From: Botryllus schlosseri
Taxonomy: Eukaryota
DNA: 64,000 nucleotides
Direction: 5' to 3'
NCBI GenBank assembly: GCA_051294905.1
Contig: CM119371.1
Location: 27,590,001 to 27,654,000, forward strand
Numbering within the stretch: position 1 is the first letter of the stretch; the number at the start of each line of letters is the position of its first letter. The translations under genes and the position numbers were made by a program. The notes under the pieces were generated by a model. It was not told the DNA's origin. It searched no databases and saw only the letters and a list, made by a program, of their open reading frames with translations. Below are positions 36,154-50,800 of this stretch, piece after piece.

Positions 36154-39101
36154 CTATAAGCAGTTAGCTCGACCGTATAGTAAACCATCACAAAAGCGGT
36201 GAATTGGCGGGGAGAATTATAGTTAGTTATATTTTGATATATTGGCTGCTTTCCAATCCTGAAGTGGTGGACATACATACTGCAGTGTAGATAAGCAACG
36301 AATATTGTATTAAAATACTTCCGACAAAAATAATCGTGCATATGATCTATAAATTTGTTTATTTGTGAACCGGACAGTTAGTGGGGGATCAGGGGATCGC
36401 AACTCACCCCGATAAAAGTGGCTTCACACCGTTCGATATTACTTTCTGTTCGCATTTCAACTTTCCATCCCTCTAGCTAAATTGATTGCAACACATTTAA
36501 AATATACAATTGTACATATTATTGGACATGAAGAAAGTTTCTGGGTTACAGCGCGAACTATACACTGCATGAGTGTGTTTAATCCCTTTCTTTTAAAACA
36601 CTTTTAAAACAATGTTCAAGTTTGTTGACAGTATGCGCATTGCCTATCTGGGGTTGAAATCCGCGATTACAAAGCAGGGCATTGCTCCGAAAATTCCCGG
36701 CGATCTTCACATGATTCTGTCGGATTTTCCGGATCAAATCCGGCTGCTGAAGTATTTCATGATGCAACACGAGACTCAATTTATAAGGATTGCCATCTGT
36801 TATGTCTGCAGTGTCGTCGCGTACGGATCTAAAAACTATAACGTATGATCTGTCCCGTGGATATAGCATCAATGGAACTTAGTCAAAAGCCATCGTATTT
36901 TATCATGCCTGTTGACGGTCGACCATGTTGAGGAAGATACTCATTCAGACCACTCTGCGATATGTTTTAAGTAATACTTGGGATCACTCAATTGGTAGGC
37001 TTTTTGGTATCGTAATTACATCCATCTCAGCGATAGCTGCAAAGTATTTATCGTTAAATATCGCTTGCCCTCATTGTCATAACAACTTTGATTAAACCAC
37101 ACAGCGAATAGAATAAGTCTCATCCAACCTCGCATCAATCAACCTAAACAATTGGCTAGGTATTCCCTTCTTAAAATCCACGCGGAAAGTTTGTAGGGGT
37201 TCGCTTTCTCCCATTCTCTTCTATTATGTTAGTTAAGGTCTCGACTCGTCCCGTATCTTATTAAGGTAACCCACTTAGACTTCCCGATGATAGCTTTAGA
37301 CTAGCCCTACAAGTTTCGTGTAGTTGCGTTGGTGGTTGTTTTTACTTCTCTACAGAATAAATACTATAGTTATAACTTATAGTTATGTAAGAAATAGAAA
37401 GTAAGAGAACGGAAACGAAAGAAGACTACAGGAATACATATACCACTGCTGAAGCAGCAGAGTCGTTGGTTTAGTCAAGGCTTGACATTGGATTGTTGAA
37501 CTTCCGCACTATCATAAATATACTATAAGCTATCTAGAAGTGGCAAGCCGGTGTATCAGTTTTAACATTTACGGGTAACTTGTAACCATTCGTAATTGTC
37601 AGTAGGGTTTATTGGTGATATCAGCCTATATTCAATTGGAATGGCAATAGCTAGCAAGCGTAATTTACAACTAGTAGGCCTAATTACATCCGGAATATGC
37701 GCTTTAAGTAGATAACTTCCACTATATCAATACGGATTTTACCGTTATATTGCTCCCATTTCTCAGCCGATATGCCTACAACGCTAACGTTTACTAAATT
37801 ATTAAATCATAGACCTAGACAGTAATCAATATGTGGAGGATATAGTTCAAAACAATGCAGCGCCCGAGGTTTTCGAGAAAGCTGTAATTCGTTTAATGGA
37901 GTAGCGGATGATGAAGTAGTATACTCGGGTTTGAGTTTTCCAACATAAAACCGTTAGTCCCTACCAGCTGAACTGTGATGTATTCCTGATTATTCATGGA
38001 ATTGGACCTGTCGGGAGATATTTACCAGCATAAAAACCAATATGAAGCTAAGGGATGAGAGTATTAGAATGCGCGATACCTGTATCTAAGTTTAGAATAC
38101 GATGCTTTGGAGCCACACATTCCACCCAGGGAAGAAAAGATGAGGACACTGAATTATAATTGCATCATTACACGTTGAGATAATGAAGTCAAGTCTAGAG
38201 CAGTATAACCTGGTTGCAGGCGCGTTTATAGGTAATATATAATGTTATTTACAGCATTTATCAATCATTATAAGTTTGGAGATACCGAAAGATTGCAACT
38301 GGAAAATTGGTTCCAAATTTTCGGCACACAATCTACACATCTCTCATTTTTAGTCGAAATATTATTCTTAGTGCAGAAGAAGTACATCATATTGTTGTAT
38401 TACAAAAACGGAATTATATGCGGAATTAATTAGCAAATTTAGATTTGTTTATCGCTCGATATCAGATAGTGTCAACAACATCTTTTTAGATACGATGGAT
38501 ATAAGATTCTGTGTAAATCAATGGAAGTGTTACGATAAAGGTCCGGAAAACCCAAAGTAACTCGACCATACAGTCTGTAAAACTGACTGTGACGAGGTGG
38601 GAAAATTAGCAGTGTACCGACCGGTAAAAATCGGTATCGGGTGTATTGTTTGCACAACGCACGTATATTGTCACATTATTTAAAGATATCTTAAGGTGAT
38701 TTCAAGAGCAAACAGCGGTAGATCTGAGAAATACGAGAGTAGGTAATGAGAAACTATCTGTTTGTTTGAGAGAGAAGAAATCGCTAGACTTCATCATCCC
38801 CACCAGCGGCTTAACTGGGCCTATCACAAACTAGCTATAGATAGTCAAGTATAGCAGTGCAAGTAGCACCATAATAAATTTAAGACTGACTTTAATGCGC
38901 AATGTAAACCTGGCTTATCTTCAAATAAGTTTGCTACGCTTTGTACTTGGCGAGATATCCAGTATACGATACAGTGGCGCCGGTTTAGTGGATTTAATGT
39001 ACGTTACCGCGCTTCTGGTAAAGGTTGCGTCTATGGTTGTGTTACGTCGTCTATAATTAGCTGAGACGCCGGGTATGATATCATCAGATAGCAAATGACG
39101 A

Positions 39102-40687
39102 CATTGGCGCAGCCAGGTGGAGGCCGAAGGGGCCATGACCCCTCCCAAATTATCAGAAATTTTTAGCAAAGTAATATGAGGTGGCGTATTCTTAGCAGAT
39201 TCATTCACATGCAATTGAAATTTTTCTTTGCGCTTCGCGCGATAAATAACTTCTGTAGCTATTTAATTGTTGAGTATTCGTCTCTCGATAAATAAAAATA
39301 AAAATAGGCCCAAAACACGCATAATGTACAGAGAGAATTGAACGTAACTGTATGCGTGTGTGCTGCCAGCCCTTGCGGAACTTATTAGGCACCGGCTTTT
39401 CAGCTCCGAAAATGCACTTAAAGCAGATAGGTTTTAGCTAACTCGAAGTGGGATCCCAGAATTATCACCCGAGACAGAACCTTGGTCGAAGATTACACTG
39501 GATGGCCCTGTCTTTGGAACCTGAGTCCCACCGTAAGAATGCGACGAGCATAGGGAATAAATATTGCGTCCCGTGAATAAATTAAAAATTGAAAAGACAT
39601 TTTTCTTTTAATTGGTCGTGGTACGTACTGTGAGCGCTCTTTTAAGTGACCACAACCTTCTTGGGAGGTCACGAAATAACAGCATGCTTCAACTAAATAA
39701 GTAATTAGAAGTCACCCACCGACGCTCTCCCCCCAGAAACTCGTGAACGGTATTATCGTGTGATATAAACATATAGCTCTATATGAATCATTGCGTGTAC
39801 CTTTTAAATCTTTGAAGACACCGCTTCCATCAGTTTTACCGCTAAATCTTGTAATGATAACGTATACATGTGAAGGACCGTTAAAGAGTCGTACCCAAAC
39901 CCCCGATTAGATGGTAGTGAGCTCGAATGGGGGCCCAGAATTATTTCGTAAATAAACATAAATTTATAGAGTTTTCTTGGGTAGAATCAATACATCTGAA
40001 AATTTCCCTTGCGCTTAGCGCGATTTAATGTCGCGCTACATGTCTTAATTTTAATATGAGTAGGTCTACCACATCCCCTCAGGAAAAGTTAATTAAGTTA
40101 AATATATAGAAATAGGAATTTTGACGCCATATGTTCAATTGTCAGTTGTTTATATACCTGCCTAAATGGTTGGCACCGAATAGTCCTGTCTTGGCAATCT
40201 GAGAAAATGCCGCAACCCGTGATGAAATGTCAACTTGGAATCGTGTGTGTCTCACGAACGAATTTCTTCTTTTTGTTCAGTCTGGTACATTTGTGCTATT
40301 CCAGCATCTTCAACCGTAAAGTAGCCGGGAAGTCACGAAATAGGAACATATGCAACAGATAAATCAATAACCAAGCCCGCCTCCTCGTAGATGGATAATT
40401 AATTAATTGTAAGATGTATCATTAACGTGTGCTAACCTTGCGAAGGCACCACCTCTATATCTACCGGCGAAACTGATAATTGGGAAATTATATGATATGA
40501 TATTACATATATGATATACGATATTACTAATATTAGTGACCAAATTCAGGCATAAATCAGGAAATTCACCCTGAACATTGTGTTAATCACCCAATAAGGG
40601 CCCGAGACCTTAGATTTTTTAGAAAGGGGGCGTCTTTTACCTCTCACGTTTTTGGCCCGGCAAATTTTATTTCTGGCTACGCCCTTG
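39102..40687. mobile_element. hAT-type non-autonomous element (1586 bp), unit 2 only
   Basis: TIR CATTGGCGCAGCCAG / CTGGCTACGCCCTTG (12/15); perfect TSD AATGACGA (39094-39101, 40688-40695); single AATGACGA at the unit 1 site (~14592). Confidence 0.88.
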
Positions 40688-40934
40688 AATGACGATGTCA
40701 GGACTTATCAGTTGAGGGACATCCCCCAACATGAGGTGCTGCATCAGCTGTGCTAATCGAGTGTGACAAAGTCGCCAATACGTATTTGCATTGCCGCGGT
40801 ACTGTAATACTGCCGCCGCGGCAAACACTGCACAGTGCGCACTTTATTATGTTACTTGGCTAGAGCGAGGCAATTGCAATAATATCGATTGTGTATAGTC
40901 AGTCAATTTGCAGTACTAATAACATAGTAATAAG

Positions 40935-41497
40935 TAGGGCAAGTTTTTGCAACTTCTGAAACTTTTTTTACATGTTCCGGCAACTTCCTAAATAGCCTAC
41001 TCAGAAGTTATTAAGTGCGGTGCTTTAAGGTGATTGGGGAAATCGTATATTGCAACTTTTTTCCATCTTTCTCCATCCGATTTTTCATGCAAGTTTGCAT
41101 CTTTTTTCGGATTCGGATTTTCCACGTAACTAACTTTTTACTGGAAATATTTGGTACTATATGTAAATGGATCGCTTGAATATCTCACTGTCAAATACAT
41201 TTGAAGTCCTTTCTGATTGGACGTGCATTCAGTATAGACCGCCGAAAATTATATTTCCACTTGGTCAATTCTTTCAGGCTATTGATTTTGCTGAAGTCAC
41301 CAACATTGAGTTTTGCTACAGTGCCTTGGATTCGGATGGACTCGAGTTTCTCATTGTCTGATAATTTCAAGGAACTTGTCCATAAATAAACCTTTTAATG
41401 TAACTTTTGTGAAAAATAAATGCAACTTTTTACTGCAACTATTATGAAAAATAAGTGAAACTCTCCACAGATTTGACTGCAACATAAACTTACCCTA
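40935..41497. mobile_element. hAT-type MITE family V upstream of paralog 2
   Basis: TIR TAGGGCAAGTTT / AAACTTACCCTA; perfect TSD GTAATAAG (40927-40934, 41498-41505). Confidence 0.82.
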
Positions 41498-41895
41498 GTA
41501 ATAAGAGGGTGCTCGTTTCTCTGAGAGCAATTGATTTATACGATTGCGTCTGGGTAACGGCCGTAATCGTGATATATATTATCGACAAATGTGTACTTCA
41601 ATTTCAGCGATAAATTGGCCAATATGATTTGAATAGGAATATAGGCATCAGCCAATTAGCACTATTTATTTTTTAACGGCGTCTCTCTCCAAGTACAAGT
41701 GACGATGTAAGCTACTCTACTGGAAGTCTGGCAGAAAGCTTATTTAAAATAAGTTGTGAGATCTGTAACAGCTGAAGTAAATAGCGGTGGTTAGCTGAGG
41801 CACATTACTTGACGATCTTAGCATTATAGAATTACAGCGGTAGCATGTTATAACTGTTGATTTCCAATTTCGCAGATTGCTAGGCCCGCTACATC

Positions 41896-44800
41896 ATGAA
41901 TTCTTATGTTCCGTTCCGGTTATTACCTGCATTTTTTCTTTTACACTTGTGGGTCGCCATGGCGCTTGCAAAGACTTTGAAATGCACCGAGTAAGTTATC
42001 ATTGAAGTTAAATGATGTCTGTGTGCATGTGCAATGCTTACCTCGTTATATAATCTAAATATTGAATCTAAGAGCATACGCAGTCGGCATGCGGAATGAG
42101 TTCATGTTGTGATCTATATTACGTTGGAGCCTTATGCCCATTGATCATGCTGAGCATGTGAGAACCACATAGTTCGCAACTCTGAAACAGTTGAACACCT
42201 GATGTCTTTGGTGAGTAACGAATTCTATGCAGTGGCTGCAATCCCCTTGCATAATGCATTGCTGCAATATGATTTTAATGAAACGTAGCAAGTGCCTCCA
42301 TGCTGCATGCTGCAGAGTACTTCAGATTTCCGACATAACGTGAATGACACTGAAAGTTTGTTTTGGAACGTAGGCAATACGTATGTTCAATTATTGAAAT
42401 CTTTAAAACAGATTTGTAAAACATTTTGAAAATGTCTCGGCCTTTCCGACTTACAAGACCCTGTTTAGAGGCATCTGGTGAATGTCAATTCGTCCGTTTC
42501 GCATGATGGATTTGTGGTGTCTCATACAATTGGATTTTTCTTCGTCTCACAGTAAAGACCCGAGGGAGTTACTGTATGAAAAATGCATGCAAGCAGGAGA
42601 CCGCGTGCTCTGGTGCGACGAATCCACGTTAAAGAGTATTCCGGATCCGGATACCGTCCACAATTGCAAAACTTGCCGAAATTCAGTCGCCCTACGCATT
42701 GAAGATAATTGCCTTAAGGAGATATCAAAATGTGAGACTCAATCTTATTTCCGTGGTGGGTGGAAGCTGTATGTCCCATGAACCGCGGGAAAAATCGCTT
42801 TAATGGGGGTAGTGTGAAATTGTTGTGATAGTGAATTGAAATTATCCCCAGTTAAATCCATGACTTTTCTATTTTCGCACATGACTGTCATGCTGTTGTG
42901 ATATCTCGTCAAGTTGATTGCAAACTCAACGCTTTTGTAGTTGAAATTTTGTTGCATTCGTGCTTTTGACACATTAAGTACATTGTAAGCTTAAAATACG
43001 CCTCCCCCAAACCATACAAACGTCCTTGGAATCAAAATAAACAGGGCTGAGCGCGACAATGGAATTATTATTTTTTCGAAGACTACACATCAATAAAGGT
43101 AATCCGTATTACGACTATTATTGAGAAAAGATTCATAATATTTGCTATTGCGAGGGATACTGAAAATTTGTTTGCCCGTTGGGTTTTACGCTAAATGCGG
43201 AACTTATCAACCATCGATACGTTCGTATCGTAAGTCAAAGTCGCCTCGACTATAAGCTACCTAGACAAATAAAAAGTTCGCTTTACACCTATCTCGTTAA
43301 ACTATATATTAGATGTGGTGTGCTGAGATGAACACGACGAAAAGCTCCACGAATTGAAACAACTCTAAAAATAACGGCATTCACGAAAATAACATTTTAT
43401 GTACGGGATACAGATAGCTTCCCTTATGGTGTTCTGGATAGATGACGGTACAAAACACATGACTGATATGCAACTCACATATTGTGACTTACCACTGTGA
43501 CTGTGTGACTGAATTGGGTCTTTGTAAAGGATGTTTTGGTCGGATTGAAATTACTATTTGCATAAGATCTGTGATGAATATTACTCTCTGCCTACCATAA
43601 TAGCAGTTGGCAATGTCTGAACACTATTCTATTGCATCAAGTATTTGTCCCAGTGGATCAGGGTGGATTCAAGTATTCCGCTATGAAAACAGAACTTCCA
43701 CGCATTGTAACGTTATCAATGTGGTTCGAGTTGCGCCTAATTTGTCGCCGTGCTTGGTGTTTTGACTGTTACTGTCGTGCATATTTGTACATCAAGTATA
43801 TACACATAATTTCGAACAGCATTTTATAGCGTAGCATGGTACGTGGACCTGTGAGCACTGAGGATGTGTCTCACGACACCATGCGATAACTTAGCATGTG
43901 ACACTTGAACACTTGGATTACTGTGATAGTTGGGCTAGCGGTAGATTAAGGGTTAAGTTCGGGTGAGAGTAATAGTTGTGTGCAGATGCGACGTCGTATG
44001 CTCGAGTGTTGCTTGCTGATGCGTAGTTATTCACTGAGTCGCATGCTCAAATGTCGTGACATCTGGTAGCAAACATTTGTACTGGTATTTTTGCGAGTAG
44101 CCCAAAAGGACTGCTCAACGTAGCTGGCCATGGTGGGGATTATGGTAGTGTATGGTCCCGCGATAATGATGTTCCACTGCCGAAGACGGGCGAGAGTGAA
44201 CATTTTCCAAAATATCTTAAGCAAAGAACGATTTCAATAACTGTTGAAGATGTATCGCACATTCGTGCTGTGTGAGTCGTCCTAATTGGTGTCGCTATGA
44301 AATCGGCAGTCGTCGTCAATTCGGAGAGCACAAACAACGGCATTCGTCGGCGTGAAGCGCTCGACTGATTGCAGACGTATACCGAGACTACCATGTCGTT
44401 CTGTAACTTTAAAAGTAAACAGAAACGTCGCTGCCAGAATTGTCTGCTGTGATCGAGGACACATTATCGGATATGAGCGAATGTCGCCAGCGCTATCCTG
44501 TTGTGGCGGGCGCTTACATATTTCACGCCATTCAACCGTTTTTTTTTATGGGAGAATGACTATTTCTTTAAAAGCAGATGTCATATTTCGCAGCATACTA
44601 CGTAATACACATCATATCCAAATATTTTCTCTGAGCAAGCTGTTATTCCACAAAACATGGCTATAAAGATATGACTGAAATTGGAGGAGTCTTCTACGAT
44701 ATCAGTTGTGACGCGATCTGCAAGTTTCCTGAAGGCTAGTTAAAAATATTGTTGTTTAACATGCGCTTTCAGCACGACGGATTACCATTAAACTACAGAT

Positions 44801-47800
44801 CGCTGTGACAGTTCCGCATACTTATTTTCTATTACGTAGACCGGTGACATCCGATATCGGGTATTCCAGAATAAATGCGCGTATAATGTCACTGAGCTTA
44901 TTGTAAAGACCCCGAACGAAAGTACGTGGGTATTCCAATGCCTTTGGTTCTGCTTTCCCCTGTTGGATTTAAATCAAATCAGGCAAAAGTATGCATTCGG
45001 TCGCTCAAGGGGACAATGGGTGGATCCAGTAACAGATGGCCATGAGACGTAACATCGATTTATTAGCTCGGTGAAAAGCTCACCCTTGACTCATCCGCTC
45101 AAGATTGACGCAGAACATTCAAAGGCCATAAATTCTGCAATTGGCAGACACTTGTTGGATAAACCAGCCTGTGTAAAAATTTATCGAGAGAACAGATTTC
45201 GCGTCCTCGGAATGGGCCGTTCACACCTTCATTTGTGTGCCTTGGAGTCGACCTTTATCAAAATACGCCAGCCAAGGCTGTGTCAACAGAAAGGGTTCGT
45301 GTACCATTTAAAAATGGTACATTGGACGCTCTCGTATTCGACATTTCATGCTGGTGACGTCATATTTGGTGATATGATTGTTGATGCACGATGTTCTTTT
45401 AAATTATGTACTAGTTGCTAACGATTACCCCTGACGAGTGTCAGCCGAACATAGTCGGGTTCATTTCAATATGAATATAGGCTACAATTCTTTTGAGAAT
45501 TATGTATGATCTTGTTTGACTATAATTACTTGATCCGAACCCGTTCTCCCGCAGCCGAAATCGCGAAATATCCGAATCTCAGGAGGTTCAACTGCACGTT
45601 AAACTTCATCGCAACTATCGAAGCATCCACTTTCCGTGGGAACGGAAAGTTAGGTGCTCTGGATTTCAGCAGTAATCGAATCAAAGGAATTCAGCGTAAC
45701 GCGTTTCGTGGTGAGTTCCTCGTAATGACTGAACTGACTGGCCTTGATTTTATTCTAGCGATGCTACCCACAACGTGTTTTAGGAAGCCCAGCAAATGAA
45801 TCAACTATCTTTAACATTGTTCAATGTTTCATCAATTTCCTATCGTTTCCACGCATTAACATGGACCCGAGTTGCAACAGAATAAAACTCCACCCTACCT
45901 TTTGTGGTCAAACAAGCAATGACATTTCTATGCTTCGCGGAATTCTATTGTCACTGATGTATCCGTTTGTGATAGAAAATATATTTTGTCCCACACCCGA
46001 ACAAGATACCTTATTATCGGATCATATGAATTTCAAATGTTACGATTTCAGGGTTGACAAAGCTCGAATCTTTGAACCTCACCAATAACCGCATAAGTCA
46101 GATATCGTCGACCATGTTCACCGACCTTGTGTCGCTAAAGGAGCTGTCGTTGCAGGGGAATAGGCTGCAAGTTTTGCGATCGAGGTCGTTCTACATCTTG
46201 AAAAATTTGAAAGTGCTGAATCTGAGTGGTGAGTGAACTCTGCTTATTCTGTCTGTCAAAAATCGTATAACCCGCTGGTCTCCAGCTGGTACGTTAATTC
46301 ATGTCGAGATATATCTCAGGAGTGAAGTTGGTGCCACACTGTATGGTGGTAGTACAAACTTTACTATTTTACATTGAAGTTAAAATAGGGTACATCATAA
46401 TGTCATCATACTTTTCCTCTATCGCAATCGAAACTTGACAGCTGTTTAGTTACCAAACAATTTGCATCCATGACTGCCAGGTGACCCAGGTCTCTTTTAA
46501 GCTGTCAAAAAGTAACCGAATCTGTAAATCTCCATCTATTTGCAGGCAACAAAATAAGTTACATTCAATCAAAGGCGTTCGCGAACCTGAAGAATTTAGA
46601 GCGGTTGCACCTCGACGGAAACGAATTATCCAAGCTAGACCAAGATCTATTTTCTTACACCCCGAATTTGCAAGTGTTGACGCTTTCCTACAATTCGTTT
46701 ACTGCCGTTCCTGTCTTTTCAGTGGTAAGAAAGGATCTGACATTTTATGGAAGTCATACTCATCCAAAAGTCACACACCTTGTCATTTCAATTCTCTGCT
46801 TCATTGCAGAATACCCTCTGGAATCTGCACACGTTAAATCTGGCGCACAATCTGTTAGAAGAGCTGACGATCGCAACCATGACCAACCTCTCTAAACTAC
46901 AGTAAGTATAAAACGCTCAATTGCCGCTCCGTAAATTCATCATTCGTTGCATGTTAACCGTGCCGAATGTAACAGTGCCGTTTGGTGTGAATTAGATGCT
47001 ATAGGATTTTTAACGACATGGATACGAATGTTTAGCCATATTCAAATCTGATTTGATGTAAGATGTATGCTGACGTGGATTGCGATTGGATTCAGACATA
47101 CAGCTCGTGAATGAATTTGTGTGGCTCCTTGACCTGAGGTCAGATTTAAGCACGAAAATAATGAATTCATGCTATGTACTTGTAATCAGGGTGGAGTTTG
47201 AAAACATATCTACTCAACTATGCTAGGAGTATATACGAAAATAATAATAGCTAGTGTTTCAAAAACAGCGTGAATTTAGGAACGCAACCAAGCCATAATA
47301 TTGTCATGTCAAGAGTCGGAGACAGATCCATATTCCACAGTCAACGTGGCGAAAGATATCTCGAATATGTCGTAGTTTAATGGTTGTCTTAACTTGAGAG
47401 AAACGGACTTACACTCCCTTCTTCGTTTCAGAAATCTCTCTTTGCAAAATAATTCGCTACTCTCGATACCAGAGGACTCATTTCAACGTATGCCTCGTTT
47501 GCGATACTTGAATTTGTCCTCAAACCGCATGGAAGAGATCGGAGAATGCGCATTTTGCCACAACTGGTAAGTAGGCATGGCAAGTTCGCCATCACTTCAA
47601 GCTTCTCTATACTACACTGCGATATTTGTTCCATTACTAGAGATGGTGTGAACGTGAAATTCACGTTCGCGTTCTGTGTGTGAACCTCAGAAATTGAGAT
47701 GTTCAGTGTTCACGTTCACAAACGAACCTTGGTAGGTTCTGCACTGTGGACATTTTTCACATTATACAAATTCCACTTCATTATAAAATCTTTAGTTTAA

Positions 47801-50800
47801 ATTTATTGCATTTCAACTGCGGACCACTCTATGCATGGCGCTTGCTTTGTTACAAAAGTTAGCTCGAAATATCCAGCTTTGCGTATGTAAATATTTAGTG
47901 ACTCTCTGCTGTGAGCTTGACCCGCAATCACACAATATCAAGAGCGAAATACACTGCATGTAGTCAGCGAATGATACCTACTCAGCCAATCAATGAGATT
48001 GATAGCGTTGTCTGATGTAAAAAATCTAGCATGCAGACGTATGGGGTCGATCTGGACTTCATATGTTTACTGTGTCATAAAAACCAAATCCGTGCGATTG
48101 GGGTGTTGGCTACTGCTGGATAACTTGTTAATGGGGTAATATCGGTAGCAAGTATAGAAATCCGTTTTACAATCTGCTCAGTATCAACGTCAGCAATACT
48201 CAGACGCCAAATACATTGTCTGTCTGGTCTGGGCCATCAAGGCATAAGCCTATATTACCTTGCACGTCCTCGTCGAAATTGTTGGCAAAGCGACGGATGA
48301 TATTGATTTCATGGGAATATTTTATTATTTGATTTCCTCAGTTGAAACGTCAATATTACATCAGCATTGTGGCATTATGTGGCCCGAGTCGTCGCTAGGT
48401 ATCGTGTAAATTTATATAGGCTATATCACTTCACTGAAATATAGGGTTGGAATAAGCAATATGACGTCACGTGACGTCATGAGGTTCACGTTCGCGTTCA
48501 CACAGAACCTTTCAAAAAGGTTCTCGTTCACACGAACCTGAACCTTTTAGAGTTCCCACCATCCCTATCCATTACCGATACCTAACGTCGACCTGAAGCT
48601 TTTTCTTCGTGTCCTGTCTCTTGATATTCACGCCCTGTAAAAGCACACTTGGTTCAGTCACTGCATGAATGTATTCCAGTCGGACCGTGATTTTAGTCAT
48701 GGTTATTAATGCGTCAACTACTATTCGTGGAATACGATACCCATTCTCTTCAGTTCTCCTGAAGCCCGTGACTATCCGTGGTTGATAATATTGTCGGCAA
48801 CGGGAAAGTGGTCTTGTGCTACAATTTATGACGTGTGTAGCCACCGTATAATTCTGAGGTGTAATTAACATATCTTTACACGATTGCTATACGGATACCG
48901 TTCGGAACATCAGCACATGCATGCTAATACACATACTAAACACACTGGCATGCGGCACATTCTGCTATTGATTTATAGCATTCCGAAAACGTGTCTTCCC
49001 GTAGCGTATGTAGGTACTAAGACCCAATTACGGATCATTAAACCAGGTATGTATCGTGCGTACCAATACTAGGTCGTTCATGCCGAATATCGCCTGAAAG
49101 TCCATTAGTGATCGAAATGCTGTGAGGTAGTCGACTTTTTTTACATAATATCATTATTCTAAAAACCGAATAACATGCTATCATCGGTTAGCTGACTAAA
49201 CGCAATGTGTCTTGTTCTGTAGCAATCTGGAAGTGCTGAGTTTAAGCAACAACGCGTTGAAGACACCTCACCTGCAATGGTTCACGTCACTGATTGACCA
49301 CGGCGCCTTTAACGGAATTGAAATTCATGGGAACGAATGGAAGTGTGGTTGCGATACCATAGCGTTCTACGTAAGTTAATTTCATTACGATCGCGTAGCC
49401 AAAGTCAGTACGCTGACGTTCATGCTATCAGAGGGGGTCGACGTATTCGGTAGTTATACTGGAGCAGTAGAAGTACCACCGTATATTTTTTTCCTCAAAT
49501 ACAAGTGGAAGTAGGAATTTTTAGGGCATGGCAAAATTACATAAAAGAAAAGTAGAAAAAATTCGAAAAAAGTAGAAAAAAAGTAGAAAAAATTTGATTC
49601 GGTTGATTGGTCACATATTTTGGTAGCATATCGCATGGGGCAAATTTCGTAATTGTTGGTGCATCCTCGCAAATAACGCTGGAATAGTACTGTCACTGCA
49701 AATAGAGTCAATTTTTGAAAGCGTGATTTATGTTGAGCGATCGGGATACGTCGGCTCTCACAATTTCACTGATAAGAGAGACGCAAACATATCTAATAAC
49801 TGCTTTGCACTGCTCAACATGCAAAGTGTTGGAATTAAGTCGTTCTACCTGAAAAACGGGTAGACGTGTAAAGCAAAGTTACTGAAAACAGAACCACTTG
49901 AGTGTGTCGTACCAGTAAGCAATACGTTATTGAGCATACTCTTAAAAAGTGGAAGTACTTCGATATACTGGTCGTCTCTGACTCTATAGAAATGATTTTA
50001 TTGACAGGTCTTGAACGTACATTATGCAATGCAATAGTAAACAAATTATTGTTGATGACTGAAACCGCCAGCATTTATACAGCCCGGTTTTCCTCGAATT
50101 CCACCGTTTTCAATAAGCATATTCGGCATTTTAGGACTTTCTCACCGAGCTGGAATCAATGTGGACAGAACCGCTCAACATAAACTGCAGCTGGCCGAAG
50201 AAACATCACGGGAAAAACCTGTTCGCCGTAATCCACGACCTCCGCGATCTCGAATGCAGTGACAAACACTACGAACCCGTACAGCGCCAGTGCAACGGTA
50301 CTTCTCTTCTGACAACGAAGACCGAGACCCACGTTTTCAACTCCACGCCCAGATTCACTAGTACCACCGAGACGGCACCGGAAACAACATTTTATAAAGA
50401 ATACACTGGTTTTTCAAAATGGTCAGGTGTAACCGACGATAACACCACGGCACCGACGAAGTCTAATTCGTGGTTATTAGTAGGGATACTTGGGGGTGTC
50501 GTGTTCGCGATATTGCTCATGTTCTCAGTGTGCTTCGTTTATCGCCTCGGTAAGAAGTCCGTAAAGCCTAAAAAGCAATGCGATGACATCGAGTCTCAAG
50601 AGGACAGCAGACACGAAGGCGCTGAAGATCCAATGATCCCCGCTCGGACACCTAGCAACGGTACTACCATCACTTCCCTCAGCGTCGAGAGTTATTCATT
50701 GAATGAATACGAAACAGCGCCTACTCAACCGCAGGATGACCTAACAAGTTCGATGTCTGATTCGGGAAAGTCTACCGCGTCGCGTTGTTCCCCAAGCGAG

